From assembly GCA_049970015.1 (NCBI GenBank), contig JBMFNT010000002.1, positions 1-58,116 on the forward strand: 58,116 nt of DNA, read 5' to 3'. This document shows positions 9,039 to 19,669 of this stretch, in pieces; the first letter of the stretch is position 1; each line of letters opens with the position of its first letter. The notes under the pieces are model-generated. The model was not told the origin of the DNA, ran no database searches, and was given only the letters and a program-made list of their open reading frames with translations. The stretch is from Candidatus Micrarchaeia archaeon (GTDB taxonomy: Archaea; Micrarchaeota; Micrarchaeia; CAILAH01). A program made the position numbers and the translations under genes.

Positions 9039-9202
9039 CGTATGAGAAACCATATCATCTTGCCAGCATTCCTTTCTTGGCCAGTAATATCAGGTAAAGA
9101 GATGTCATTACTCATACTGAGGATAACAAAACAGAGGTATTGACCTATGAGAAACCATATCATCTTGCTTGCAGTCTTGTTTGCATTCTTTTTTTGGCCA
9201 GT
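8994..9202 (+). repeat. Diverged tandem duplication of the infB-stop / next-gene-start junction
   Basis: 8994-9085 and 9105-9202 share tcattactcat...actgaggataacaaaacagaggtattgac(g/c)tatgagaaaccatatcatcttgc, with a 6-nt indel and a ~13-nt indel. Confidence 0.85.
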
Positions 9203-11081
9203 CTATTCGGTGAATTTTGAGCTGGATTCAGAGTACACGTTTGAACAAGGGAAACATCCATATAAAGTATTCGTTGAAAATGGAACAGTATACCTGCTTT
9301 TGCGGTATGAGAAAGAGGTGGAGGAATACGTACTGAAAGATGGCGGCCTGAAGCGGATAGGGTCTGTGGGAAAGGAGGGGCTTAATGGAAAGATTATGGG
9401 GCCACCTAAGGATTTTTGGGTTGATGGCGATTATGTATATTTTGTGGACGGTTCAGATGCGATCTTCAAGTTTAGAAAGTCAGACGGCGAGCTTGTTTTT
9501 GTGGGAGACAGCGAATCTTACAAGCCTGTGAATGGGGTTGCAATAGCGGCGAGTGGGGACCATATATACATAGTAGATGCTGAAGCTGATTCAATTATAG
9601 TGCTTTCACAATTTGCGGAGAACAGGTATATATACAATACAAGCATAAATCAGCGGATAGCAGGTGGTAATGCAGCATTTTCATATCCATCTGATATTTT
9701 CATTGAAGATGGGCTTATTTATGTTTCTGATATGGAGAACGATAGGATACAGGTTTTCAATAAGTCCGATTACACATTTGTCTCGTACTACGGGCTTGGG
9801 CGTGGTGGTGCAGTATTGACACAACCTAAGCATGTGGCGGTTGACAGCGATTATGTTTATGTGGTTGAATCAAAGGAAAAGTCAGTGAAGGTGCTTTTTA
9901 AGAGAGATGGGCGGATTGTACGTGAGATAAACAGCTCAGTTTATGGGTTTAAGGATATAAGCGGGATATTTTCTGATGGAAGCAAGCTTTATGTGGTTGA
10001 CAGCGGTTTGATGATGCTTGTGGTGTTTGACATAAACAAGACGAGCCTGCTTGACTATGATGATGTGTACCCATTGTTTGAAAAGATGAACACGTCCATT
10101 AACAACTTATGCGAAACATACTCTGTGGCATACCTTGCCGGCATGACTCAGCAGGATAAGTGCAATTACTACAAAGGTATTGTCAACCAGTCATATTCAT
10201 ATATATTGAACAAGTCATACGATCAAGCATACTCACTGATTACTGGCAAGATGCCTTCGATAGAAGGGGATATCTCATATCTTCAGCCAAGGGTTTTAGA
10301 TTTTCTGTATGGCATGCACTCAAACTATAGTAAAAGGATAAACATGCTTTACCCACAACTGTCAGGTGAGCTCAAAACATCAGCAAGGCAGATCAGGTCA
10401 GACCTTGCCAAGGCAAATTCATCAATATCAGCTGGAAGGTATGCAGAGGCATATATAACGCTCAAAGAGATCGGAGTAAGGATATCTGCGCTTGAGGATG
10501 CAATGGGTGGAGAAGAGCAGGTAGAATCAATGCTTAAAGAAAGATATATCAAGGAATTGAATAACCTAAGAGAAGAATACCAGATCATTGAAAAAGATTT
10601 GTACAAGTATGGGATGAACGATACAGCGCTTAACATAACCTCTCTGTTTGATGATGCAGGCGACCTGCTCGAGAGCGGTGATATAGATGAGGCGTACGAA
10701 GTGATCTTGCATCTGTCTAAAAGCATCTCAGAGGCAGGTGATGATGTATCCTCCAGGAAGAAATACAGCAGTGATGCAAACACAACTATTTATGAAGTGC
10801 GTGCAAGTATTGAGAAAGATCGGGTAATGCTTGAGCTGCTGTTTAAAAACAGGCTTACAGAAATAAATAATTCACTGGCAGATGCAGAAAGCCTGTTGTA
10901 CAGCAACCCTGAGATGGCATATGAATTATCAGGTGAAGCGCGCAACATGTTTATAGAGTTGAAAAAAGAGCTTGATGATACATTTTTCCTGGTTTTTGTT
11001 CTATTGGCCGCTGCCATTTTCCTGATTGCACTTGTAATCCTGCTGAGTTCCGGTATATACTTTATGTTTAGGAGAAAGTAG
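9147..11081 (+). CDS. Anchored extracellular protein with NHL-type beta-propeller repeats and a coiled-coil stalk
   Basis: Signal peptide, repeated motifs such as YVSDMENDRIQVF and YVVESKEKSVKVL, and a C-terminal TM plus RRK. Confidence 0.6.
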   Translation: MRNHIILLAVLFAFFFWPVYSVNFELDSEYTFEQGKHPYKVFVENGTVYLLLRYEKEVEEYVLKDGGLKRIGSVGKEGLNGKIMGPPKDFWVDGDYVYFVDGSDAIFKFRKSDGELVFVGDSESYKPVNGVAIAASGDHIYIVDAEADSIIVLSQFAENRYIYNTSINQRIAGGNAAFSYPSDIFIEDGLIYVSDMENDRIQVFNKSDYTFVSYYGLGRGGAVLTQPKHVAVDSDYVYVVESKEKSVKVLFKRDGRIVREINSSVYGFKDISGIFSDGSKLYVVDSGLMMLVVFDINKTSLLDYDDVYPLFEKMNTSINNLCETYSVAYLAGMTQQDKCNYYKGIVNQSYSYILNKSYDQAYSLITGKMPSIEGDISYLQPRVLDFLYGMHSNYSKRINMLYPQLSGELKTSARQIRSDLAKANSSISAGRYAEAYITLKEIGVRISALEDAMGGEEQVESMLKERYIKELNNLREEYQIIEKDLYKYGMNDTALNITSLFDDAGDLLESGDIDEAYEVILHLSKSISEAGDDVSSRKKYSSDANTTIYEVRASIEKDRVMLELLFKNRLTEINNSLADAESLLYSNPEMAYELSGEARNMFIELKKELDDTFFLVFVLLAAAIFLIALVILLSSGIYFMFRRK

Positions 11082-11110
11082 GGAGAAAACGAATTAAGTA
11101 CTAAACAGGA

Positions 11111-11653
11111 TCACCCTATACTTTTCACTCTTGGGTTTTTTGCAGTTATGTTAACATTCATTGTTTCATTGCCCTTCGTAAATGTTACTGACCAAACATC
11201 ATCCTGGCCAATATACTCTGCATTTGCTGTAACATCTTCTCCATTTCCTATAAACCTACTAACTTCCTTAGTCCCTGGTAAGGAGTGTGCTGCAACTATT
11301 GCCTCTTCTTCCCCAGTAATTATACAGTCGCCTTCACAGCTGTACTTACAGTCTTTCACAATATAAGTGGGCACCCCAGTTTCGTACCCAAATGTTGGAT
11401 ACTTGTACCTCAGCCTCATCCTGACAGGACATACGGACTTACTATTGAAAGTCACACGCACATTCGTGATTTCATACTCGCCTATCTTCTCAGTACCCTC
11501 AATCTCTATTATGTCAGCACCCGGATACTTTGCCTCAGCATCCTGTATTATGCTTTTCTCAAAATCACTCTTATCCATGTTAACCTGGCGTGTGCACCCA
11601 ATAACCACCAGCGCCACAAACAGAATGATTAATGTAGCAATTCTTCTAATCAT
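11111..11653 (-). CDS. Putative lipoprotein, unknown function
   Basis: Signal peptide ending in VIGC (lipobox-like). Confidence 0.5.
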   Translation of the reverse strand: MIRRIATLIILFVALVVIGCTRQVNMDKSDFEKSIIQDAEAKYPGADIIEIEGTEKIGEYEITNVRVTFNSKSVCPVRMRLRYKYPTFGYETGVPTYIVKDCKYSCEGDCIITGEEEAIVAAHSLPGTKEVSRFIGNGEDVTANAEYIGQDDVWSVTFTKGNETMNVNITAKNPRVKSIG

Positions 11654-12621
11654 TTATTACCACCTCTCCCCTCAAGCACAATCTGCGCGAGCAGTGCAGT
11701 TATTTGTATCCTTTCATCAGCACCTTCCGTAAGCCTGAAATTATATTCACCAATCTTATCAATCAACCTTACTTTTGCATTGTCTGGGATCCCCATCCGC
11801 ACTATTTCAGTATACATCTGATCGAGTATATCCTGCCCGCTCATGCCATATTCAACCATTATCCTGCTAAGCATCTTTCGCGATTCCGAGAAATTCCCGC
11901 TGTATGCGAGTGAAACAACATTTGCAATCTCCTCCGGTTTTGCACGCGCGGCAAGTGCATATATATCCTTCTCACTGATCTTTGTAGAGTGAAGGGATGC
12001 GCTCTGGAATAGGTTGATAGTCTTTCGCATGTCCCCTTCCCCGACCTCAACAAGCGCATCTATACTCTCTTTAGTCATGTGAAGTTTTTCACTTTTTGCA
12101 ATATGTTCAATCATCTTAACAATATCTTCTTTTTCAAGCAATGTGAACCTGAATATTGCACATCTGCTTTGGATGGGCTCAATTATCTTTGATGAATAGT
12201 TGCATGATAATATGAATCTTGTAACGTTTGAATACATCTCCATTGTCCTTCTCAGTGCATTCTGTGCATCCGCTGTAAGCGCATCTGCCTCATCAAGGAA
12301 TATTATTTTGAAAGGCACCTTTGTTATTGGAATGGAACGTGCAAAATCCTTAATCTTGCCACGCACCACATCTATTCCCCTTTCATCAGAAGCATTCAGC
12401 TCAAGAAAAGTTTCCCTGTATTCTTTTCCATACATCTCATGTGCAATTGCAATTGCAGCAGTAGTCTTCCCAACCCCTGCCGGCCCGGCAAAAAGAAGGT
12501 TAGGCATATTCCTTTCCTTAACATACGCCTCCAGTCTTTCAGTGATGTGCGCTTGCCCAACAATATCCTTTATTTTTGTGGGTCTGTATTTCTCAGTCCA
12601 TGGGATGTATGAATTTTCCAT
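11650..12621 (-). CDS. rfcS: Replication factor C small subunit
   Basis: PWTEKYRP, GPAGVGKTT, DEAD and SRC motifs. Confidence 0.93.
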   Translation of the reverse strand: MENSYIPWTEKYRPTKIKDIVGQAHITERLEAYVKERNMPNLLFAGPAGVGKTTAAIAIAHEMYGKEYRETFLELNASDERGIDVVRGKIKDFARSIPITKVPFKIIFLDEADALTADAQNALRRTMEMYSNVTRFILSCNYSSKIIEPIQSRCAIFRFTLLEKEDIVKMIEHIAKSEKLHMTKESIDALVEVGEGDMRKTINLFQSASLHSTKISEKDIYALAARAKPEEIANVVSLAYSGNFSESRKMLSRIMVEYGMSGQDILDQMYTEIVRMGIPDNAKVRLIDKIGEYNFRLTEGADERIQITALLAQIVLEGRGGNK

Positions 12622-12796
12622 ACGATTATTTGTTTGGCAAGAATGCTTATATTAGTAAGATTACACACTTTTCCAGCAACCAAAATGTTTATAAACGTAG
12701 TTAAGGCCAAAGTTAATAAAACTGGAGGTGTTAGGTTTGAAGATAGAAAAACAGTCAGATATTAAAGTTGCTGATAAAAATACAGATCTAGATTGC

Positions 12797-13861
12797 ATGA
12801 AGAGAAAAAGTGCCTGGGATAAGGCAAAGGAGAAGTTTGGCAGGGCAAAGAAGATTATGGGCATAGCTTTTGCTACTGCCGTAATATCACTTTCTGGGTG
12901 TGAAGGCTCTTTTGATACTGACAAATATTTGCACGATGCAGGTACTCAACATGATGGTGATGTAGGGATATTGCAAGATGCAAGCACTTTATCAGATGCT
13001 GGAGATACAAATATGCAGCAAGATGGTGGCATTTTGTGTTCTGATAATGATGCTTTAGTTAAGATTAAGCTTGTGATAAATGGAAGGAGTACAGTAGTTG
13101 AAAATGGTGGCAGTGTTAACATAAACGGTAAGGAGTATACTGTACACATATCAAGTGATAACAAGCTCATTTTGTCATCTGGCGATGACATAACTGTTAT
13201 TGGAAACGGTGAAGAGAAGGAAGTAAATGGTGTGCCTGTTAAGGATGCTGACAGGTGTACAGACCTTGTTAATTACACGAGCAGGGTACTGCTTAAGGTT
13301 GAGTATAACACCTCATCTGATTATGCAATACTTGGTGAGAATGATACAGCCGCATTTAACATAGATGGGGTAGGCTTTAATCTATCATCTAATGGCATAT
13401 CACAATGTGATTCTGGTCCAAGTGTAAGCCTAAGCCTTAAAATAAATGATAAAAACTATGAATTAAATGCTGGCAATTTTGAGGTCAGCAAGGAAAAGGA
13501 ACTCACTCTTAACATGGATTCAGGAACAGTTAAGGTTTCGGTGGCTGAGTTTGCTGTAGACCTGTTCCCTAAGAGTGATGCAGAGCTTTGCAGTACCACA
13601 AAGATGTATGTTGCTTTGGAGGTTAACGGTAAGGAGGTAAATGTTGAGGAAGGGGCGCAGATTGTTGAGAGTGATGTTTCGGTAAAAGCGGTAAAGACAT
13701 TCCCAGGAGCAACCGATGAGACAAAAAAAGCAGTGATTAATGTATCTTGCAATAACATGTCTGAGAAATTGAACGTAAGTAAGGGAGACAAACTCAGTTT
13801 GTGTAGTACAGAGATAGATGTGAAAGATGTTTTCTTTAAAACCACAGAGAATGAATTTTAA
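12797..13861 (+). CDS. Putative secreted lipoprotein, unknown function
   Basis: The ATG at 12797 gives MKRKSAW...AVISLSGC (lipobox). The remainder is Ser/Asp/Asn-rich and looks beta-rich. Confidence 0.5.
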   Translation: MKRKSAWDKAKEKFGRAKKIMGIAFATAVISLSGCEGSFDTDKYLHDAGTQHDGDVGILQDASTLSDAGDTNMQQDGGILCSDNDALVKIKLVINGRSTVVENGGSVNINGKEYTVHISSDNKLILSSGDDITVIGNGEEKEVNGVPVKDADRCTDLVNYTSRVLLKVEYNTSSDYAILGENDTAAFNIDGVGFNLSSNGISQCDSGPSVSLSLKINDKNYELNAGNFEVSKEKELTLNMDSGTVKVSVAEFAVDLFPKSDAELCSTTKMYVALEVNGKEVNVEEGAQIVESDVSVKAVKTFPGATDETKKAVINVSCNNMSEKLNVSKGDKLSLCSTEIDVKDVFFKTTENEF

Positions 13862-15117
13862 TCCTCAATTATTTTTCCTTTTACATGTGCAACCCGGCCA
13901 CTTATGATTTTTACTTTTACTCTTTCCCCCAGGTTTATATCTGAATTACCCAGCACGATATGTTTATAGTAATCATTCCTTGCAACATGCCCTTTTCCAT
14001 CCTCAAGAACAGTTGCACTACATACCTTTCCAACCCACATACAATTCCTTTCCAGTGAAATAGCATCACAAATCCTGCTCATCTCAACACTTCTCTTTTT
14101 TACCTCCCTTCCATCAATTCGGTCCATGTTAAATGCAACAGTGCCAGGCCGTGGGCTGAACTTTGACACATTTGTTGTGTCTGGCTCAATTTTCTTAACA
14201 AGTTCGATAGTCTGTCTAAAGTCCTCCTCGCGTTCTCCAGGAAACCCAACAATCACATCAGTCATAATGTTTGAGTACCTATCCTTTCGTATTCCCCTTA
14301 CAACCTGCATAAAATCATCAACACTATATTCCCTATTCATTTTTTTCAGTATCTCATCAGAACCGCTCTGCACAGGTATATGATAAAACTTGTAAAACAC
14401 ATCGTTTTCTCTTATTATATCTATAATCTCCATGTTTCTAACCAAATGCTGTGGATTTATCATTCCAACACGTATCTTTAAACTGACATTCATACGGGCA
14501 ATCTTTTCAAGCAGGTCTGTAAGCCGTGTTCCAATATCATGCCCGTATGCCCCAGTATCCTGTGCAGTCAGCCTTAGTTCTTTTACACCGGCCTCATCTG
14601 CAATACGCACCCTTCGCAGTATCTCTTCAGGCAGCATACTTTTCAGCCCCGGCCTTGCAATCTTTGTAAAACAGTACGTGCAACTACCCTTGCACCCTTC
14701 ACATACAGCAATGGATTCAACAAGCCTGCAGAAAGCGCACATATACTTGTTCTTATCATCATAGCCAAAGTAGTCCGTACTCAGCCCTGCGATTGCATCA
14801 TCGACTGCTCGAGGTATATACCCTATACTTTTTGTGCTTACGATTACAGAATCTGGTGCAAATTTCCTAACAAGTTTTGCATTTGCAGTGGCAATACACC
14901 CACAGACAACAACAGGTTTTTTTACATTTTGCAACCTGTGTATTATCCTTTTCTCGGTTGCATCCTTGACCCCACAGGTGTTTATTATTAAAACATCTGC
15001 ATCATTCTCATTATCAACCTCAAAAAATCCGTGCTCAACAAGCACCTTTCGCATAATATCAGAGTCGTGCCTGTTGAGCGTGCACCCATATGTTTCTATG
15101 TAAAACCTTGTGCTCAT
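13858..15117 (-). CDS. Radical-SAM methylthiotransferase, MiaB/MtaB (CDKAL1-like) family
   Basis: YIETYGCTLNRHDS (UPF0004 domain), CxxxCxxC (CKGSCTYC), and a C-terminal TRAM-like region. Confidence 0.85.
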   Translation of the reverse strand: MSTRFYIETYGCTLNRHDSDIMRKVLVEHGFFEVDNENDADVLIINTCGVKDATEKRIIHRLQNVKKPVVVCGCIATANAKLVRKFAPDSVIVSTKSIGYIPRAVDDAIAGLSTDYFGYDDKNKYMCAFCRLVESIAVCEGCKGSCTYCFTKIARPGLKSMLPEEILRRVRIADEAGVKELRLTAQDTGAYGHDIGTRLTDLLEKIARMNVSLKIRVGMINPQHLVRNMEIIDIIRENDVFYKFYHIPVQSGSDEILKKMNREYSVDDFMQVVRGIRKDRYSNIMTDVIVGFPGEREEDFRQTIELVKKIEPDTTNVSKFSPRPGTVAFNMDRIDGREVKKRSVEMSRICDAISLERNCMWVGKVCSATVLEDGKGHVARNDYYKHIVLGNSDINLGERVKVKIISGRVAHVKGKIIED

Positions 15118-16109
15118 TGCAATTCCTGTTCGATTGCATTACTGAACACGCTGTACGGCTGTGCGCCCACAATTGAAAGCCCATTCACAAAGAATGTAGG
15201 GGTACCGCTCACACCAGCGGCAGTGCCATCATTAAAGTCTTTTCTTACTATCTCTGCCGTTTTTCCAGAATCAAGGCATTCATTAAACTTCTGTGAATCA
15301 AGCCCTATATCCACAGCATATTTTTTCAAACTGTTTATGTCTAATGCATTATTGTTTTCAAACAGTTTATCATGCATCTCCCAGAATTTTCCCTGCTCAG
15401 CCGCACACTCTGCAGCCTCTGCTGCTTTCTCTGAATTCTCATGGAAAGAGAGTGGGAAATGCCTGTACACAAGCTTAACCTTACCCGTTTTTATGTAATT
15501 CTCATTAATCTGCCCGTACGTTTCCCTATAAAACCTTGTACAGTATGGGCATTGGAAATCACTAAACTCAACTATTGTAACAGGTGCGTTCGGATCACCT
15601 TTCATGTTCCTTGCATCACCAGCCAGTTGTTCCACACTCATTTTCCGATTACCTTCATTGCTAGGCCCGGATTTTAGCTGGGCCTTTGCAATTGCAACAT
15701 CCTCTTTTATTTTTGAAACCTCAATTGGCTTCTGCAACAGGTAATTGTAATCTTTGGTTATGTATACATCCTGCGGGTAAATTCCATCAACAGTAAAGCT
15801 CAGCACTGCAAAATCACCCTCTTCACTATACTTCACATACTTAACCGTGTGCTGTGTACCTGTCTGAACATAATACATGTCCTCAAATATGCTAGCAATC
15901 TCATTAATCTTGTTTTGGTTTTCTGAAAACATTGCACATGCAATAGTGTTGTTCTCCAGATTTGTACTGTTTTGGCCGGTTGCAGAGAGTACAAGTGGTA
16001 CTCCATAATACCCCATAACAATCCCAAACAAAAACACAGCTATTGAAGCAACCACCATTTCTTTGCTTATCTCAAGAGTTTTTTCTCCTTCTTTCACATA
16101 AAACACCAT
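15114..16109 (-). CDS. Membrane-anchored DsbA-family thiol:disulfide oxidoreductase
   Basis: N-terminal TM segment and the thioredoxin-fold motif FSDFQCPYCTRF. Confidence 0.8.
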   Translation of the reverse strand: MVFYVKEGEKTLEISKEMVVASIAVFLFGIVMGYYGVPLVLSATGQNSTNLENNTIACAMFSENQNKINEIASIFEDMYYVQTGTQHTVKYVKYSEEGDFAVLSFTVDGIYPQDVYITKDYNYLLQKPIEVSKIKEDVAIAKAQLKSGPSNEGNRKMSVEQLAGDARNMKGDPNAPVTIVEFSDFQCPYCTRFYRETYGQINENYIKTGKVKLVYRHFPLSFHENSEKAAEAAECAAEQGKFWEMHDKLFENNNALDINSLKKYAVDIGLDSQKFNECLDSGKTAEIVRKDFNDGTAAGVSGTPTFFVNGLSIVGAQPYSVFSNAIEQELQ

Positions 16110-16159
16110 TTTACCTTCTCTTTGAAAACAAATATAAACATATCTAATCTAAGGAGTTT

Positions 16160-18691
16160 GTGATTTTGTCATCTGAATTGGAGGATTTGTTTAAGAAACG
16201 GTTTGAAAAGTATACAGAAGTTCAGCTTAAGGCAATCCCTGTTATCAAGTCAGGAAAGGATACGCTCGTAGTTGCACCCACAGGTAGCGGCAAGACTGAA
16301 GCTGCACTGCTTCCAATCCTTGATATGATGCACAGCTCAGGAACCCCCTCTCCACTTACTACAATATACATAACCCCTTTACGTGCTCTTAATAGGGACA
16401 TGGTAGAAAGGTTAAGGGAGTGGGCAAGCTGGATAGGGTGTAGGGTTGGTGTGAGACACGGTGATACATCAGCAAAGGAAAGAAGCTTCCAGGTGAAACA
16501 TCCTCCGCACATACTCATAACAACACCTGAAACATTGCAAAACCTTCTTGCAAATGAGCGATTCATTCCTTATTTAAGAAACCTTAGGTTTTTGGTGATT
16601 GATGAATTGCACGAGTTGGTCTCAAGCAAACGTGGTGCACAGCTATCACTGGGTATTACAAGGTTGGGTGAACTAGCAAGTTTTCAGGTAATTGCTCTAA
16701 GCGCAACAGTGTCTGACCCAGAGAACATAGGCAGGCCATTTCTTAAGGAAAATTATGAGATAGTTGTTGATAAGTCTGCTAGGCCCCCGGACATCTCAGT
16801 GGAGTTCATAACTGGAAAAAGTGAGATGGGAAGGCTTGATACGCTATGCAGAAGAATAAAAGAAACAATACGAGGTTCAAAGGCGCTGATATTTACCAAC
16901 ACTAGGTATATGGCTGAGCTTGTAGGCTCTCGGTTGATTGCAGATGGGATGAATGTACTAGTCCATCATGGATCTCTTAGCAAGGAAGAGCGCGAGTCTG
17001 TTGAGGAAAGGTTTAAGAAAGGCGAGGTAAATGCGCTCGTGTGCACATCATCCCTTGAGTTAGGCATTGACATTGGTGATGTTGACCTTGTTGTGCATGT
17101 AGGTTCTCCAAAACAGGTTAAGAAAGCACTTCAGAGGATTGGCAGGAGCGGTCATGCCCATAATAAGGTTTCTAAGGGCATAATACTTTCATACAATATA
17201 TTTGATTTCAATGAAGCCAAGGTTATAGCAGAACTATGTATAAAGAATAGCATGGAAAGGGAAGTGCATATCTATCCTTGTATGGATGTGCTTGCCCATG
17301 CAATTGTAGGAAGGCTGCTCACTCAAAAAAGAGGTGTGGATGATGAAATGTATAGATTTTTCAAAACAAACTGGTTGTATTCATCCATTTCTCTTGATGA
17401 TTTTAAGCTATTACTATCTGAGATGCACAGGTATGGTGTAATATTTTATGATGGTTCAAGGCTAAGGTTAACAAACAAATCAAGAAAGTATTACTTTGAT
17501 CGTGCAAGCACAATACCATTTACCTTAAAGTATGGAATGGTGTGCAATGGCAGGATGATTGGATATTTAGATGAGAGGTATGTCTCGTTCCTTGAGGAAG
17601 GTGAGACATTCATAATGCGCGGTGTTCCGTGGACCGTGCTTAGCATAGAGGAGGACAGGGTTATTGTTGAACAATCACACTCATTCTTGTTAACAATACC
17701 TGAATGGGAAGGTGAACAGATACCGGTTAGTATGGATGTTGCAAAAATGGTTATTGATAAGATGGATTTCAGTAAAGATACAATCCGTATTGATGTGTAT
17801 GCAGATCTCATGATAATCTATACATTCCTTGGCAGTAGTGCAAACAATGCGCTTGCACTTGCGCTTGCAGCGCGATTGAATGAGCACTTAAACAGCAATG
17901 TTGTCGTTCAATCTTCCCCTTACGCAGTTGCTCTCAGACTCCCATATCCAATGAGTAAGGAATCATTCATCAATGCAATCCGTGGTATAAACATAAACAA
18001 TGAGATACTTTCAAACATTACAAATCTGAGGGCTTTCCAGTATATATTTTCACAGATGGCATACTATTTTGGGATGTCTGAAGCTCGCGAGCATTTTAGC
18101 AGCTATTATCTGTCAAAATGCTCTGCATCCTATGTTTACAAGGAATCGGTCAACTATTTCTTCTATAAGTATTGTGATACAAGCACGGCACAGGAATTTT
18201 TGGACAGGGTTTTGATGCACAGCAAAATCAAGTTCATCATTCACAAATCATTACCTGAGATTGGAATGCAGGCGATCGAACATATGTCAGGCTCACAAAT
18301 CCTTTTCCCACAAATACCACAGAGTGCAGTTGAGGTATTGCTTGGCAATCTTCCAGAAACATACAGGTTTAGGTGCCTTAACTGTGGCAATGAGTTCTAC
18401 GGATATACAAAAGATCTTCCAAAGAAATGCAACAAATGTATGAGTGTTCTTATTGCTCCTTCCTCAGAAAAAGAATCTGCAAGGCTGGATAGGGAGGAGC
18501 TTATGCGCAGGGCATCGCTTTACAATGCGTATGGCAGACGCGCGCTCATAGCACTCTCAACGTATGGGGTTGGTACTGAAACTGCTGCACGTATACTGGC
18601 AAGGCTCCATAAGGATGAACGTGCGCTTGCACTTGACTTATTGCGTGCACGTGAGCAATTCATAAGAACAAAGAAATACTGGTCTGCATAG
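16160..18691 (+). CDS. lhr: Lhr-type superfamily 2 DEAD/DEAH-box helicase with C-terminal zinc ribbon
   Basis: APTGSGKTEAA, DELH, SAT, HHGSLSKEER and GRSGH motifs, plus a C-terminal CLNCGN...CNKC. Confidence 0.85.
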   Translation: MILSSELEDLFKKRFEKYTEVQLKAIPVIKSGKDTLVVAPTGSGKTEAALLPILDMMHSSGTPSPLTTIYITPLRALNRDMVERLREWASWIGCRVGVRHGDTSAKERSFQVKHPPHILITTPETLQNLLANERFIPYLRNLRFLVIDELHELVSSKRGAQLSLGITRLGELASFQVIALSATVSDPENIGRPFLKENYEIVVDKSARPPDISVEFITGKSEMGRLDTLCRRIKETIRGSKALIFTNTRYMAELVGSRLIADGMNVLVHHGSLSKEERESVEERFKKGEVNALVCTSSLELGIDIGDVDLVVHVGSPKQVKKALQRIGRSGHAHNKVSKGIILSYNIFDFNEAKVIAELCIKNSMEREVHIYPCMDVLAHAIVGRLLTQKRGVDDEMYRFFKTNWLYSSISLDDFKLLLSEMHRYGVIFYDGSRLRLTNKSRKYYFDRASTIPFTLKYGMVCNGRMIGYLDERYVSFLEEGETFIMRGVPWTVLSIEEDRVIVEQSHSFLLTIPEWEGEQIPVSMDVAKMVIDKMDFSKDTIRIDVYADLMIIYTFLGSSANNALALALAARLNEHLNSNVVVQSSPYAVALRLPYPMSKESFINAIRGININNEILSNITNLRAFQYIFSQMAYYFGMSEAREHFSSYYLSKCSASYVYKESVNYFFYKYCDTSTAQEFLDRVLMHSKIKFIIHKSLPEIGMQAIEHMSGSQILFPQIPQSAVEVLLGNLPETYRFRCLNCGNEFYGYTKDLPKKCNKCMSVLIAPSSEKESARLDREELMRRASLYNAYGRRALIALSTYGVGTETAARILARLHKDERALALDLLRAREQFIRTKKYWSA

Positions 18692-18739
18692 TTTACATTT
18701 ATCGTAAAGTATTTATTTGTTGGATATGAGAAACTCTGC

Positions 18740-19669
18740 ATGGAAACAACGTGTAAAAAAGGAAAAGACTCCAATAGCAGGAAGTATTTTAAGAAATGGG
18801 GTGCATATATATTAGTAGGTGGCTTGATGATTGTTGGTGGTTATATGGGTGGCTCTGTTGCTCTCAAGAAATTTGAAGCAAGTAATACAGTCCCAGTAAA
18901 AGAAGAAAAGAAAATTACTCCTGCTAAAGATGCTATTATCAAAGATGCTGAGAAAGTGTATAATGAACTGAGTACCATGGTAAATGAGTTGGAGAATAAG
19001 TTCTGGGAAAGAAAAATCACCTTTTCGGAAATGATTGGTGAAATGAATTCAGGTATTTATAATCGCATGCCACAAATCTTGAAGGTTCTTTCCTCACTTG
19101 CACGCGAAGCGGTTAAGTATGAAGGAAGTAAAGAGAACCCCTATTATGAAATTTTAAAGAAGCTGTGCCATATTGGTTTTGACGCAGCTGTAGGGACACC
19201 TAATGATATAAGAGTGCCGCGAATTGCTTATGAATACATAAACGATGGGAGAAGGACTAAAGAGGAAATACTTGGAGCATTTGCAGCAATAGCAGTTGAA
19301 GATTCAAGTAGGTCGATTGATGAACCGTACTCAAGCGATGATCATTTCGCTGAGTCTATGATTAGAGCTGCAATGATCGTAGATATAAATGAAAAGCCCA
19401 GCGCAAACAAAAAAGAACTGGAGAAGAAACTCAATGAAATCCGCAATGAGAGGGATAATAGGCTCTATCATTCTTTTGACAGGTTCAAGGAGAACAACTC
19501 ACAATATAGCATAGTCGCGGATTTCATTTTAGACTATCTTTTACAAGATAAGTTTGGCAGTAAAAGCCCTATAGAGCGCTTCAACGAAGGATCATATGAT
19601 GAATACATGAGAAAAAGGCATATTGAGTGCATTAAGACGCTGATAGCAGTTGTGGGCTCAGTTCCCTGA
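18740..19669 (+). CDS. Hypothetical membrane-anchored alpha-helical protein (low-GC gene)
   Basis: One N-terminal TM segment. No motif recognised. Visibly lower G+C than the neighbours. Confidence 0.5.
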   Translation: METTCKKGKDSNSRKYFKKWGAYILVGGLMIVGGYMGGSVALKKFEASNTVPVKEEKKITPAKDAIIKDAEKVYNELSTMVNELENKFWERKITFSEMIGEMNSGIYNRMPQILKVLSSLAREAVKYEGSKENPYYEILKKLCHIGFDAAVGTPNDIRVPRIAYEYINDGRRTKEEILGAFAAIAVEDSSRSIDEPYSSDDHFAESMIRAAMIVDINEKPSANKKELEKKLNEIRNERDNRLYHSFDRFKENNSQYSIVADFILDYLLQDKFGSKSPIERFNEGSYDEYMRKRHIECIKTLIAVVGSVP

